From: Lytechinus pictus
Lineage: Eukaryota
NCBI RefSeq assembly: GCF_037042905.1
Contig: NC_087252.1
Coordinates: forward strand, 12,278,001-12,342,000
Reading direction: 5' to 3'
Length of the DNA: 64,000 nucleotides
In this document: in pieces, positions 24,500-38,052 of the stretch
Numbering within the stretch: the first letter of the stretch is position 1
Layout of the letters: each line of letters opens with the position of its first letter
Program-made: the position numbers and the translations under genes
Notes under the pieces: generated by a model
The model's database searches: none
What the model saw: only the letters and a program-made list of their open reading frames with translations
Told to the model about the DNA's origin: nothing

Positions 24500-24772
24500 T
24501 AAGCATCCAAGCGCTTACATATGTATCATTTACCCGGTCATCACATTCAATCGGTCACTCCTGCACAAAAGGTATGCACGTCATCCACTCCCTAGGGACC
24601 ACTAATGCACCCTGAGGTGCGCATGATATTGGACAAGGTACAGTTAATTTTACATCCCACCGGGTAGCCATTTATCACCTGGGTGGAGAGTGGTAAAGTG
24701 TGAAGAAGCACCTTGCCAAAGGATCCGAGGCCGCGGTGGAATTCGAACACACGACCATTTGATTACAAGGTG
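24500..24772 (-). mobile_element. Old tRNA-SINE remnant in the intron before the TM exon; shared with paralog D (about 52340-52625)
   Basis: B-box-like GTGTTCGAATTCCAC on the minus strand; body CCTTGCCAAAGG..CACCTGGGTGGAGAGTGG at the same intron position in both paralogs. Confidence 0.55.
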
Positions 24773-27700
24773 TCATACATGAAAGCTTTGTCAACAGCAA
24801 ATTCAATTTAAAGATTAAAGAAAACACCCACTTGAAAAAAGAAAATGGGTGCTGAAAGTCTCGAGGAAGTCTCTTCTGTTTTTACGTAACTTACTGCAAT
24901 CACACTTATAAAAAGAAAGTAGTGATAATTGGTTAAAAGGGAGCGGATAACTTTAACTTTTTCCGTGTAAGTATTGATGTGATTAGCCTGTAATTATGCG
25001 AAAGAAATGCCAAAAGGAAATGGTGAGGTTAACATGTTTAGAAAATCATCACCAATGATTAAAAAAGGCGAAGGAAATTATATTGAAAGTGGTGAAAGTG
25101 GTACAGTATACGATTGAAATTACAGTTTCTTTATCGTATCATCTGATAATAACATAGGGAAAAGGTCGCGAACGCAATGTTTATCTTGTCAAAGGCGATT
25201 TGCATTATAGCATTCCCTTGATACATATACTTTCACAAAAATAATGGGTACATCGTGAATTCTGGTTTGAAATTCATTATATTATTTAAGACGGGAATAT
25301 CGAGTCACAACCTTGTTCATTTGCCATCTTGCCTGTCTCTAAAATAACCCGGTGCTACCTCTGAATATTGATTCTTAAAAAGCCACATGTATTTGTTTGT
25401 TTTTTAATAGTAGATTTCCCTTGGTTAGTGTGCATGAGTAGAAATTGATTTACAGACACAAATACAAGTATTGTTGTTGTTTTGCAAACCCTTTTCTTGC
25501 TGGCATTATATAGGGAAAAAATGAATTGTTACGACGGATAATAAGTACAATTTCACGGAGATATGTTCGTGGCATGTTAAGGGTATAAGGAAATACATGG
25601 AGCACTAACCTATGATAGGATAAGAAGGTGCACTGCACAACCCCCTGCCAAAGGTCACCACAGCTAGGTTATCATCCGGGTCTATGTTGACCTCTGTACC
25701 AGGGTCAATGCACTTTGTATCATTCAGAGAGGAACATTCGGACCTATTCCGCAGGATGACAAAGCAAAGATCTTTTATGGGTTGGTCTGTATTCGAAATT
25801 GTCAAAATTCCCTCCGATGTCTTCCGAGTGATATACATGTATATTCCTATATTAATTAAAAAGTAAACAGAAGACAACGTGGTTAGGTAATCGTACGACT
25901 ATACACAGTTATCTAAAACAAACATGTTATGGAACAATTGTTCCAGATAAAATGAGCCATGAGAGATGAGACTATAAGAAGATTGCCTATTTATATACTG
26001 TCCTTTGCTGGAATTATGAGTTAAAAGTAAAAGTTATAATTTAAATATTTGTTGAGAATTGTAATGCATAGAATGTGTTTTTATGATGCATGTTTAAAAA
26101 CAACTGTTATTTAACCATGTACCGGAATTTTATTTTTACTTTATCTTGGGGGAATGTTTTTAAGATATATTTTTACTTCGGGGAAGGTAATAAAATGTTC
26201 GTTTAAAAAACTATTTAAAAAAAAAAATTAGGAATAGAAATGTAGACCCATTCTGTTTCGACTAATCATTATTTTCATATATAATGCATATTACCAACAC
26301 ATATTCATCTTATTTCCTGTTGCAATAAAAAAATATATATCAAACTCTATACTTACCATAGTGTCTTGGTGTTAATGCTGTCATGAGTGTCAAAGCATAT
26401 AACGGAGATATGAACCGATGAGTCACAAGGGAGAATATATCAAAGAAAAGAGTTAAGTTTAAACATTAAAAAGTCCAGGTTATCCGTCTTTTTACCACTT
26501 AATAAATATTACTTTAAACATGAAGCTATTAATATTAATATTAATAGCTTCATGCTTTAAACATATCGTTTTGACAATGTATGAAACGTTTGAAAAATCA
26601 ATACATTATTACAAAAGTGTGACTTTCATTCAGTAAATTCAAATATATCAAGTCGATTCAATTGGGTTGAGAGGGAAAAAAGGAATAAAAAATAGTCTTA
26701 CGTGCTGTCGAAGACACGATCTTCTTTTGGCCACTGTTTCCTGCTTTGTTAGCAGACCATAAAATAATTTCGTAACGGCTGTATGGCTTTAGATTCTGTA
26801 GAGTATAATTTGTACTATTTATGTCTGCTTTGTGGTAACACACTTTCTGACCCGGATCTTCATTTTCGTATTTACAGTACTGAAGGGTGTAGGTTTGTTG
26901 GAAACCGCCATAGAACCCTGGTTGCCAGGCGACAATGATGGTTGAAGATGTCGTCTGCTTTTGCTGTACCTTTAGGTCAGATGGTGCCTGTGGAGTAGCT
27001 GAAATAAAATATGAATAAGTGGAAAATCTACATTATGTCTCATTATTAAAATGTGGATTATCGAAATAGGAATGCAAAAAAAATGCTTCTGTAAATGGAC
27101 AAAAAGTTGGATAATGCCATTCAACACACCCAGTTAACTCAAGATTACATATATTTTCTTAAGTCCACATCAATAAAAATGGACGAGTCGGAGTCTGGAT
27201 TTTGAATGTCGAAAGTTTCAACCTAAAATAGTTCAGTGGTGAATATATATCCATGTTGGGCCGGTGCCCAACAACTGTCGATCTGAATGCAATTTAAGTA
27301 AAATGTATTTTTCCGTAGGCCTATATCAATCCTAAAAATATTAAATAGTGTACGGTATTTTATCAAAATAACGGATCATACAACATCAAAATTTAATTCA
27401 CCTTCGGCCCCTTGTGAAGGCAAAAGAAAGTTTTTGATTTTCCAAAAGTGATAATCGACAATGTATAATAATCATCATTCTCAATTGATAACTTAAAGGC
27501 CCAAATTATTTTCTGCCCTTAGGCGAAGATTGCCGTTGCGTAGGGAGGATACACAAGAGGTATTTACTCTGGTGACAACGATATACAGTTTTCTTTTCTC
27601 CAAATTACTTAAATTAAGATAGATTGCGATCAGGTACTAATCTGAAATTGGAGTAAAGTTTCCAATCTAAAACAATTTTAATTCAATCTTATTTAATTGA

Positions 27701-30700
27701 ACTTTCCAATCCAACGTTGGATAGGTCAATGACCACAATCTCTTATATTGACGTCAAATCTACGGAATATGGGGAGTTCATTCCCTTTTCAATGAAGTAG
27801 GTTTTCATTACAGCTTTTATATTGAGGCAAAAATGTGACGTTATATTTACAGGCAAACGTATAATTGATAGCCGAGCTGTCGCGACCAAGATTCGTTGAC
27901 GCTTCACACTGATATTCCCCTTGATCAGACAAAGTAACACCACCAATGGTAAGTTTGCTTGATGACGTTGTATTCCCCTTCTGATAGTCAGTATGTTGCT
28001 GTTGGTGTCCATTGTTGGAGTCCAAACTTGACCCGTTACGAAACCAGGTGAAATTGGAGGCGGACGGACTGGCATCCGCTAGGCAAGTGAAAGTAACATC
28101 GGTCACAAAGTGCCGAAAATTAAGCTTACGAATGACAGGTGGATCTGAATTTAAGAGGGGTGGTAGAAGAAGGGATAGTGTAAGGGAGGACAAAGAATTA
28201 CACGACACATCTATTTGAAGTACATGTAAATGAAAAAAAAAACGTGAATAGAAAGATAAACAACGAGATCATTAATAATAAGAAGGGATATGTCGTGTCA
28301 GGATCGAATAGCACTTGTGCTATATTCTGGTCATATTTACCACTGTATGTTTTTACATGTATGTGTAACTATTATGCAATTTGTGTCATATCCTGTATAC
28401 ATTTGAATATTGTTGATAAATAAGTCAATCAAATCAAATGGAAATAGCGAGTGAGACCAGTACAGTTTGGTCAAAAGAAAGCTCTGACGTCATTCATGAT
28501 ATGTCTATAGCACACAAATATGATTAAAAAGGGAATGTGTTACACAAATTATTTAGCGATAAATTTCAATAGTGGCCAGGTCATTTTTTACGAGAAGCTA
28601 TGCACTAAATTTTATTTGGATGTGCAATAGAACCAGTCAATTCAGAACATCACCTAGAAAACAGAAGCACTTAACCTTGGACTGACTTCTTAAAAATCAT
28701 GAAAAATATGAATCTTAGATCGCACTGAACATTTTCACGGTTAATGAATTCCAAGATAATGACAGAATGGCATAACTAATAGTTACAATGAATTTCTAGA
28801 GTCCTTAGAACTTTCTGGGACAGACGAGACAAGGTAGTGAATGCCATCATTTGTGTGGTTTCACAGGTCAGGTTCCTTCCATTGTCAGCCTTCGTTGGTG
28901 TAAACACAAGTGTACTCATGATACTAGCTCTTCCATGGTCGCTCGGTATTTGATTTGGCCAAGATTGGTTGGTGATGTTCCTAGAACCTATATACCAGTG
29001 GACCAAAGGTGCTGGGTATCCACTACCTGTTGAGCAGGTCACTTTGGTATCTTCACCATCCATCAGTTTATTAGGAAGATCTATCTCGGGAGGTTCGGAT
29101 GTCTCTGAAGCATTTTTATTGAATAAGAAGAAACAGACAATATATATTTATTCAGACATGGTTTCTGATGCGTCTGGTAGGTTATATTTGCTTTGAATGA
29201 TAAAACAACAATTTCGCAGATCAAACTTCTGAAAGGTACTTGATGCTCGTTCAAATTTAAAATCAAGATGTAAACAAAGAGGAACAGTCTTTCCTTAATG
29301 AAACAAGCAATACAAATATCCTGAAAATAGTTGAACTCCATGGACATGCATATGCCTACATTAATAGATCGTCTTTATTTAAACATAAAACCCTAACAGG
29401 GAACTTGTTAAACTTGTTACTATATTGAACGACTGAATAACTTTTCCATAATTGCAATAGAGGTTTTCTTAAGGAATACGACCAATACAAAGTAATATGC
29501 TTCGGATTACATACCGTAAACAAGCAACGTTACTTCGGTTTCACGCCGGATGTCGCCAACCATAGCCACACAGCGCAGAATCTGATTGTGGTGGCGCCTT
29601 CTTGGCTGAATTTGTATGACACTTGTCGTATCATATAAGCTACCATCTACTGGGTTAGACGTATTGTGAGATGTGACGTCATTGCTGATTTTGTTGGCGT
29701 TCAGTGTCCATGAAATATTGGCAGCTGGACGAGACCCATTGCTGGTGCATGTGATGTTGGTGAGGGTGCCTTTGAAGATGATGATTTTCTGAACGCCAGA
29801 TCCATCTTCTCTGATGGGCATTGATGATATTGAGATCTCAATGGAAGTCGGTGGAGCTATAGAAGATTGAAAATAGATTTGTTCTGGTCATAATGTGTAC
29901 CTTACATCAGAGCTTGGGATAATTTTTCTTACCCTTGTAGAACAATTGGGAGCATTCTCTCTGAAAAAAAAATATCTAAGTCATTTGGGATATTAGCAAT
30001 CACTTTTTGGAATAAATCTACAAAATATTTGAATGATATTGTGGTTTTCAATAAACAAAGAGGGGGTTTACGTTTTTTTCTTGTACATATCCAAGTGCGA
30101 AATGCAAAAAATAGTTCACTGGCATATTTGGGTGCAGAGGGTGGTCATGAGATTCAGGGGCACGGAACTGTAGGAAGCTAATCTGCCTCGATCTTACTTA
30201 TGCATTTCTGAGGAAACGAAATATCATCAATATCATTCAATCGATTCCATTAACTCAGGGGGCCAAATTTTATTGTTTGGATGATTTTTCGATACCTTGG
30301 TTATTGCCAACAAGGGCAACACTGTTTGCATGGTTTCCAAGCAAAGATGCCTTCAGGGGAGCGTATCGTAAAAGGCTTGTCTGGTGTTTTATCCGACAAA
30401 GTATGTTTTATTTGACATTCAGACATTTATGCTTCTTAGCCAAAGTCAAGGAAAAGTTGTCAGATCTGACGACTTGCCAGACGCTAATGCTGAGAAAAGT
30501 TTCCAAGTCGGCCATGAAAAGCGTTTTTCACAATCAATAATAAAAACTTACCTTGAACGTTGAGAAGAACTGAAGTCTCAATAGGTTCTTGAAGTTGTGG
30601 ATGCGACACTTTGCAATATAGTCTCTCACCATGGGCATCCCTAGACGGACTCACGTTCGCCCTACGCGAACAGAGGTATGAGTCCGGTCTTATCTTATTG

Positions 30701-33700
30701 GACTGCCTCGTAATATTAAAAACTTGTACAGACTCCGGGATGATCCATTCTACAGCAGCAGGAGGTACAGCACGGGTTATGCAGGTCACTTCAATGATTT
30801 CACCCTCTGTCAAGATCAGAACCTTGTCACCAGCTTGCCCGGTGATTAGCACACCGTGTGGGGGCGCTAGATATAAATGAATGCATCAATATAACATATA
30901 AAAAGACAAAACGGAAATCAACACACTGACGTGTACTTAATGATTTGATATATATAGAGATCACTTTTACCTTGATTCTAGATAAGAATGCACTATCGAA
31001 AATTACTATAACATCAACTTTAAATATATATTTATAAATGCTTGTAGGCCTATTGGTATTTTCCATTTTAATTCAATTTATATTGAAAAATAGTATACAT
31101 ATCTAAAACCTACAATGTGTTGCCCTAATTGTCTAAGTGTTTTTTTTTTTCACAACATTTGTATTATTATTTTCTTTGCAACGGATACAAATATTTATGT
31201 TTATATATGGTATACAATTTGTTTTTGTTTGATGGAAGTGAAATAAATAAATTTTAATTTTAATTTTAATTTTAAATTTGAATTTGAATTTGAATTTGGT
31301 ATATCCTCACAGCTTCAATATGTCAACATCCACGTTATCAATAACAGATTTACAGTTTTGATACGAGGTATAGTAGAAATCTAACATTCGAACTTTATTC
31401 ATCATACATCAATCATTTGCAGTTCTTTATTATTCTGAATTTTTTAATATTCACTCTGGAATTGTCAAATAGATGTTAAGAATAACCTCAACTTACCCGC
31501 ATTTGGTGCTGACACAATATGAGTATAGACATGATAGATTAAAATCATGCAAAAATAGCATGTTCATCACACTCAGGGAGTAGGTTATCTATGTACATGT
31601 ATATTAATACATATATTTTCAGCAGAAAATAGTATGCTTTCGAATTTTCCTTGGCCATTAGCAGATTATATCACTGATCTTTTTATTGAATAAAACTTGC
31701 CTGAGTGTTGTCATTACATCAAATTATTTACTACAAAATAAGATAAAATGATGAAACACTTACGGACACAATTTAATTTGATGTTATCAATATGAAGCAC
31801 TACGATTGTATATGTAATCTATAAAAGTATATTGTTTTGCCGACTATCATTTTTCTTGCATGGCCTGTGTTGTACTTTGTTTTGTTTTCTTTCTTTTTCT
31901 CTTGTTTACTTGATTTATTGAAAAAGGTTCCTTTGCGTCATTCAGTTTCGAAGAAAACTTTTTTATTTGAATCTGAATCTGAAACTATTTTCTAAATATG
32001 CCTACCTTTTTCAAATACAACCAGACTGGTCGTAGCAGTTCCAGCACCCAATTTTGTTGTCACCAAACATTGGTAGTTTCCGTTGTCATGTATTGTTAAA
32101 TTTCTTATTTCCAGACTCACAGTACCATCTTCGTCAAATGATATGTTGAATTTTTGAGGGTTGTTAACATTACTCTGGCAGATCCCGTTGTCGCAGTCCA
32201 GTGATGCCAGCACAGGGTCACTTCCAAATTGCCATGACACTCTGCGATCTGGGGTCTTAGGTGAATAGTTGCTATATTTTCTCCAACTACAAAGATGTCA
32301 TCTTTATCTCCTACCATGGAAACGTTTATTTGTCCACAGCAATCTAAAAAACGAAACCACAAATATTAAGAAATTCGAACGATAAGTGTCAATTATTCAA
32401 ATTCTGCTATATTTAATGAATAATCTCAAAATTAATGGAGGTTGCATTTCATGAATCTATTTTTATTTTTTTGTTTTTTATGATTTTTGTCGGAGTATGA
32501 GCCTAAGTTGGTAAATATTTTATTCAAATCATTATTGCTAGTGTTTCACGGCATCCATAGTTCTGCCCCAGATTATAATGTTAATTTGTTGATGCCACGC
32601 AACCAATCTCGATCTTTTGACTCCAAATTGCTCGTTGCACGGCCCTGGGATCGATTTTTTTTCAATAGGGGATGCTAAGAAAATTTTGACAAGCAAAAAA
32701 TGAAAAATACATAGAGGTTATTTCCAAATTTTTTTTTACTTTTTAGTAACACACCCTGATTTCCATGGGGTGCTGCCTACACACACAGCACCCCCAGACA
32801 ATGTTTTTTGGGGGGTGCTTCAGCACCAGGCCATGGCTCGCTGTTCCAGAATTTTAGAAATCATCTTGATAATTTGCTGGACTTTCGCTGTGGAATCAAT
32901 TGCCACGATATTCGCAATGTCTAAAACTTGTTCTGTTTAAAATTGCCATTCAATAGTCTCCATTCATTGCATAGTAGTGAAGAAAATGAAATGCGTCATA
33001 TCGAAGAAAAAGAAAAATCCAGTTAAAATCGCAGCGCTTCTGACACAGAATGAGGTCATGGACTTAGGCCTGGTGACAAAATATTTCGAAGCTCGATAAT
33101 ATGAGCTATTCTCAAACAAAATACTCAGCTGACAATCGGTGAAAATGCACAAACCATATGCATTCATGTGTTTTTTTTTTTTTAAAGCTAACGAATGTTC
33201 AATGGTTTGTCAATTTCACGTTTGGGTCCGGTCGAGCCTGTAATGTTTAAAACACGGTTAACTTGTCAATTGCAGTAGACTTACCTTTAAGGCTGATAAT
33301 AGAAATAACATAGATGACTAGTAGAAGATGAAATATCATCCTTCTAGATTTCATCTCTTAATGTGAATGTTTCAAGATGATTGCTTGAAAATCAACTAAA
33401 ATGTATTCTATGAAGTAATGAAGATGTTCCGGTATAGGAGACTGATGTGTGTACTGTATACAAAGTAATGACATATATCATGTATATATGTTGCAAACCG
33501 AATTGAAAGAAAATAATCTAATGCAATCGAAACTTTCTTCGCTCTTAAGCATGACATTAATCTTGGAAGGATTTATAAATCATTTAATGCCAGACGAGAA
33601 AACTCTATATCAGCTAGAACATTATTGTCAGTGGCGTAACTACTAGGGGTACGCCTCCCCCCCCCCCCCCCCCCCCCCCCATCGGCTTGCCAAAAAAAAA

Positions 33701-33734
33701 GGAGAAAGCGGGAGAAAATAAATAGGGACAAAAT

Positions 33735-33940
33735 GAATCATTATATATTGTACAAATATATCAGGCTTTGAGAAAGTGTAGTGGGAATTATTTATTTGAG
33801 GTTGGACGGGCAATAGGCTTAACTATTTTCCGAGGTCGAAGCCCCGAGAGGAAATTGTTTTAATATTGCCAGTCCAACCGAGGATTGATAATTCCCACTA
33901 TGCCTTCGAAGGAAACGCCTAATATATTTGTTTTATATCC
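33735..33940. mobile_element. Long hairpin resembling a Crypton-type terminal structure
   Basis: TAGTGGGAATTAT..GGTTGGACGGGCAATA pairs with TATTGCCAGTCCAACC..ATAATTCCCACTA around a CCGAGGTCGAAGCCCCGAG core. The family assignment is from memory. Confidence 0.4.
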
Positions 33941-36047
33941 CTCTTTAATTTGTAGGCCTAGTCCTTGCTGATGTGTTACCAATAAGGACCAATTCTAACG
34001 TTGCCGAACCTATATTCCTACTGTCTGTCGAGCTAATGCTAACCAGTTGCTGATTTGTAGGCTGCACACGGCTTCTACCCGCTTGCAGAAGAATGAGAGG
34101 TCTGCTGCGCGGCTGCAGTTGTACTCAACTTGTAAACGCGCAGGCTTTAGTCCGGTTTATAATTGGGCAAGGTGCCACTCGGAGAAGAAGAAATTTTGGT
34201 TTGGTGCTTCTACACCATTTTTTTAAAGCTGAATATGAATATATGAGGTAAACAGGCTGTATCCTGAAAATTAAGAATATTTGAATTTTTGTTCATAGAT
34301 TTTGCATCGGGCACTATATATTAAGATCTTATTCGAGCAGCAAGTTTAGAGTGGAAAATTTTCCCTTGCCGAATTGACATAACATGGTATCACAACCTGA
34401 TAGGAATTATCTGTGCAAAGCTAGCATTTTTCTCCAAACTTCAATGCCATACCTTTAATGTCAATTACTTTTCCATCAGTATGCGAAAGACTTGTATACC
34501 CCATTATGCCCAAAATGAGAACACTGGTAGAACAGAAATGTCAGTGTCGTCAGAGAAAAATTATGCGTGCTTATACTGCCATTACATCTTCAGAAGATAG
34601 CGGATAGTACATGGAACAGGAAATATGTCTACCAGTACTTGTTCATGATACAGTGGTTGTTCCCGAGGAATTAAAAGAACTTCCTTGTCGATACAAGTCA
34701 GCATCACCCTGTTCTATAACTTTTAAGGGGTAATGAAGTTGCTGGTCAGCCGTCGAATAATATATTGCATAGTAAATACTGCGAGTGTAAATCGAAGTAA
34801 CACGGCTCTGGCAGAGGCATGTAGTGGAGATTGTTGGTGAAGGGGAATCCTATGAGTATCTGGTCGAAGAGGTATGGTACAGAGGGTAGTTGTGACAGGA
34901 ATATAACAGGACATGGTGTAAAATGTTAACCTGGTGTAGATTATTTGGAATCACATGAAATGATTTGATACAAAATGATACGTTTTGTTTAAGATCCTGT
35001 TAAACTCGCGCGATCATCAACCTTTCATGTGTGTAAATGACCTAAAGGACACCTTTACATGTGCTTCATTTTTTTTATTTTTTCAAACCTTTATATGTAC
35101 ATTACATTTTCCATAAGGAGCATGGTATGTTCCGCATTACATGTCTTACTTACATTTGTAAGGCATTTTGACCTTTTATGACCTTAAATTACCTTTACCT
35201 GAGCTATGCGTGATTTCAATGCCTAGTAATCCTTATCTTTGCATTTGATTTTTCATTAGCTTTAATTTGATACCAAACATGAAATGTTAACTGAAATATG
35301 AAAATCATATTTAAGAGGTATGTGAAAAAAGTGGGCGTGGCCTATGACGTCAATTTAAAAGACTCCGTCAGATTCTTGAAGTAGACACCCTCTACTACAA
35401 CTTCCAGCAAAAAATGCAGTCATACCCAACCTGACGGTTATGTTGGGGTTCTACTTGACTATTACGTTCAGTTCCAAATCAAGCGTGAGTTCCAAAATTT
35501 ATAGCGACATGGTGCAAAGCAACAAAGTTGAGCTGCGCATCAAATGCCAATCAACTACAAATTCGCGCTTTAATAGTCAAAGGACCTAATTTTGCGACTA
35601 ACGCTTGATTTAGTATCAAATGTAGCTTCCCTGCAATTTCCCAACAGTGTTCATATAGTAACAAAATATTCATTTCCTAAGAAACAACGCTCGTGCCATT
35701 CTTTACCAGGTTGTCATTGTGAAAGTTGATAATTCTGTGCAATTACATTTTTAGGATTTCATTTTTCAGCTTATTCATTATTTTTCTTCACTCCTTGTCT
35801 TTATTTTGAGTCCTTACATTAGTGGTAACTTCTTCTGTTATTTAGGGAATATTGGATAGCCTTGAATGGGATGCGTATAAATATTGTATGGTAGGGGGTC
35901 CTAAAGCTACGCACCACTCATCGCGTTTTCAATGGCAAATGCGTACTCTCTGTGTGGAACTGTGACTGCAGAGAGACGAACGATTCCTAGTCAATTTTTA
36001 ATACAGAGGCTGAATTAAATCTCTAAATGTAGAGGGAACCCACAACT

Positions 36048-36186
36048 GGGACCCGTTGCATAAACATTTTGCCATAAAAATAACTCTGGCAAACAAAATT
36101 ATGCCATTGAAAATTACACATTAAAAAAACATGGGCAGAAAATTTGCCCGAATTTTTTATGGCAAAAGTGTCATGCAACGGGCCCC
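36048..36186. mobile_element. Small palindromic MITE
   Basis: GGGACCCGTTGCATAAACATTTTGCCATAAAAAA / TTTTTTATGGCAAAAGTGTCATGCAACGGGCCCC. Confidence 0.7.
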
Positions 36187-36388
36187 AGTTTGGAATTTTG
36201 GAGTTATATTCACTTTAATTTCCTATTTTCTTATAATGAACATATATTAGAAATTGAGGCACAGGAAATGCTTTTTTGGGGGGATGATAAATCGAGTGCG
36301 TAGCTTTAGGACCCCTTCTACATCGGGCGGAGAAAGTAAAAGGTGTTCGGAAAACACAGCGGGATTTTCGCATTTGTTTCTTGGTTAA

Positions 36389-37147
36389 AGGGGTGGTCTG
36401 GGCTGAAAATATTTATATCTCAATAAATAGCGTAAAATTCTCAGAGCAAAATGCTGAAATTTTGATCAAAATCGGATAACAAATAACAAAGTAATTTTAG
36501 ATATTTGCATTTTTCCGAAGAGATAGTTCTAGGGATGTCTTTATGAATATTCATCAGGTGGGCTGATGATGTCATATCCCCACTTGTTCTTTTGTATTTT
36601 ATTATATGAAATTAGGTTTATTCATTTTTTTTCTACCAGGGGGGCGTTTCATGAAAGGACTTGTCGGACGTTTTATCCGACAAGTCCCATTTTATCCGAC
36701 AGTTACCATAGTAACAGTACCTCTCAGCCAATCAACATCAGAGAAAGATGTCAGATCTGACAACTTGTCGGATGAAAATGTTGATGAAACACTCCCCAGA
36801 ACTTAAACAATTCGAATGACAACTGATTAAGTGCATTAGTTATTTATTGCCGCAATTCATTTCATCATAATGGAGACACATCATTTACACCTGTATAAAA
36901 AAATAAAACATCTATGATTTCATTTAATAATATAAGAAAAAGGAAAGTGGGGGATGTGACATCATCAGCCCACCTAATGAATATTCATGAAGACATGCCT
37001 CGAACTGTTTCACCAGAATAATGCAAATCTTTGAAATTCAATAACTTCATTATTTGTTATCCGATTTTGATGGAATTTTCAGGATTTGGCTTTGTGAAAT
37101 CTTCTCTATTTATTTAGATATAAATATCTTCAGCCCTGAGTGTCCCT
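36389..37147. mobile_element. Kolobok-type non-autonomous element
   Basis: TTAA|AGGG..CCCT|TTAA with long internal inverted arms (e.g. TGATGATGTCATATCCCCACTT / AAGTGGGGGATGTGACATCATCA). Related remnants at about 42700-42880 and 61871-62110. Confidence 0.75.
36640..36796. mobile_element. MITE with CAG TSD nested in the Kolobok element; older copies sit in the same intron of paralogs C (about 30355-30510) and D (about 59195-59360)
   Basis: CAG|GGGGGCGTTTCAT..ATGAAACACTCCC|CAG. Confidence 0.75.
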
Positions 37148-37562
37148 TTAATGATCTTTAGAATGCTTGCCACAAATTAGTGAAAGATAATTTGTTCAAA
37201 TATCAAAGTTGGCATAGTTGTTTTTATCTTTTGTAAACAAAGTGCGTAGCTTTAGGTCCCCCATCATACGAGCTGAAGAACAATTTTGGACGAGTCGGAG
37301 ACGAATCCAATATTGCTCTTCAGCGATTAACAATATTTATACCCATCCCACGAAAATTGGTCATCCAACAGTATTATTATTATTTAGAAACCCTCACAAA
37401 GCTAAACATAAGTTAATAACGCAAATAAAAAATGGTTTTACACACATTTTATGTCAATCCTGTTAGTCATGAGCATTGCAACTGAGTTTTGTCATTAAAA
37501 AAAATATGCATGTGTAAAGATACGCTAGCGTATAGTGCAAGCACATTTGAATTCAATATAAT

Positions 37563-37775
37563 GGGTGATTTCAAGTCCGGTGTTGGCCTTGGTGTTAGTG
37601 TTGGTGTTTAAATGCTCCAGAACCTATTCTGATTTTAATGAAACTGATCCAGATCAGTTTATTGACATCTCAACAACCAATGAGAGACTCTTCGGGACCA
37701 TCTCCATTTTATTCATCTTGAACAAATTGACCTGACACCAATACCAAAATGTCAACACCGAACTTGAAATCACCC
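37563..37775. mobile_element. Harbinger-like MITE
   Basis: TIRs GGGTGATTTCAAGTCCGGTGTTG / CAACACCGAACTTGAAATCACCC with a 3-bp TSD AAT. Confidence 0.75.
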
Positions 37776-38052
37776 AATCCCGTTCCTTTGCCATACCTCC
37801 TGGCAATACGCAGTGCAATTTCATTGTGACGTAACAAAAGCTTCATGTGCACAATTTATTAACCAATGATAATCTTGTAGGCGGGCAAAATATTAATTTC
37901 ATCCAATATGGTTATTATTGGATGGTTTTTACATAGGCATGCACGTTAAAAATCAGTTTTTATTATTTGTCTCTTTGAAACAACCTTGCAAGACGTCAAC
38001 AAAAATCTGTGCCTCTAAAACCCTACATCTAAATAATAATTCATGATATAAA

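Larger units (their letters stand above)
22165..33354 (-). pseudogene. Ig-superfamily ITIM receptor paralog C, all exons present but frameshifted: signal 33285-33354, V 32006-32343, C2 30552-30866, C2 29515-29856, C2 28787-29104, I-set 27851-28144, FN3 26702-26998, microexon 26357-26377, Cys stalk 25610-25846, TM 24271-24402, 23968-23997, 23672-23721, tail 22165-22976
   Basis: Every exon has AG/GT ends, and every exon from the first C2 onward has a counterpart in paralog D. FN3 WQPGFYGGFQQTY..LKPYSRYEI; TM FLGIIWCVIAASIVILLLSLGLLFSV. The V exon is 338 nt (frameshift, first Cys lost). The start of the tail exon is 4 nt shorter than in D. Confidence 0.8.
35886..37269. mobile_element. TIR element hosting nested insertions
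   Basis: GTATGGTAGGGGGTCCTAAAGCTACGCAC at the left end; GTGCGTAGCTTTAGGTCCCCCATCATAC at the right end; a further internal copy at about 36296-36320. Confidence 0.55.
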
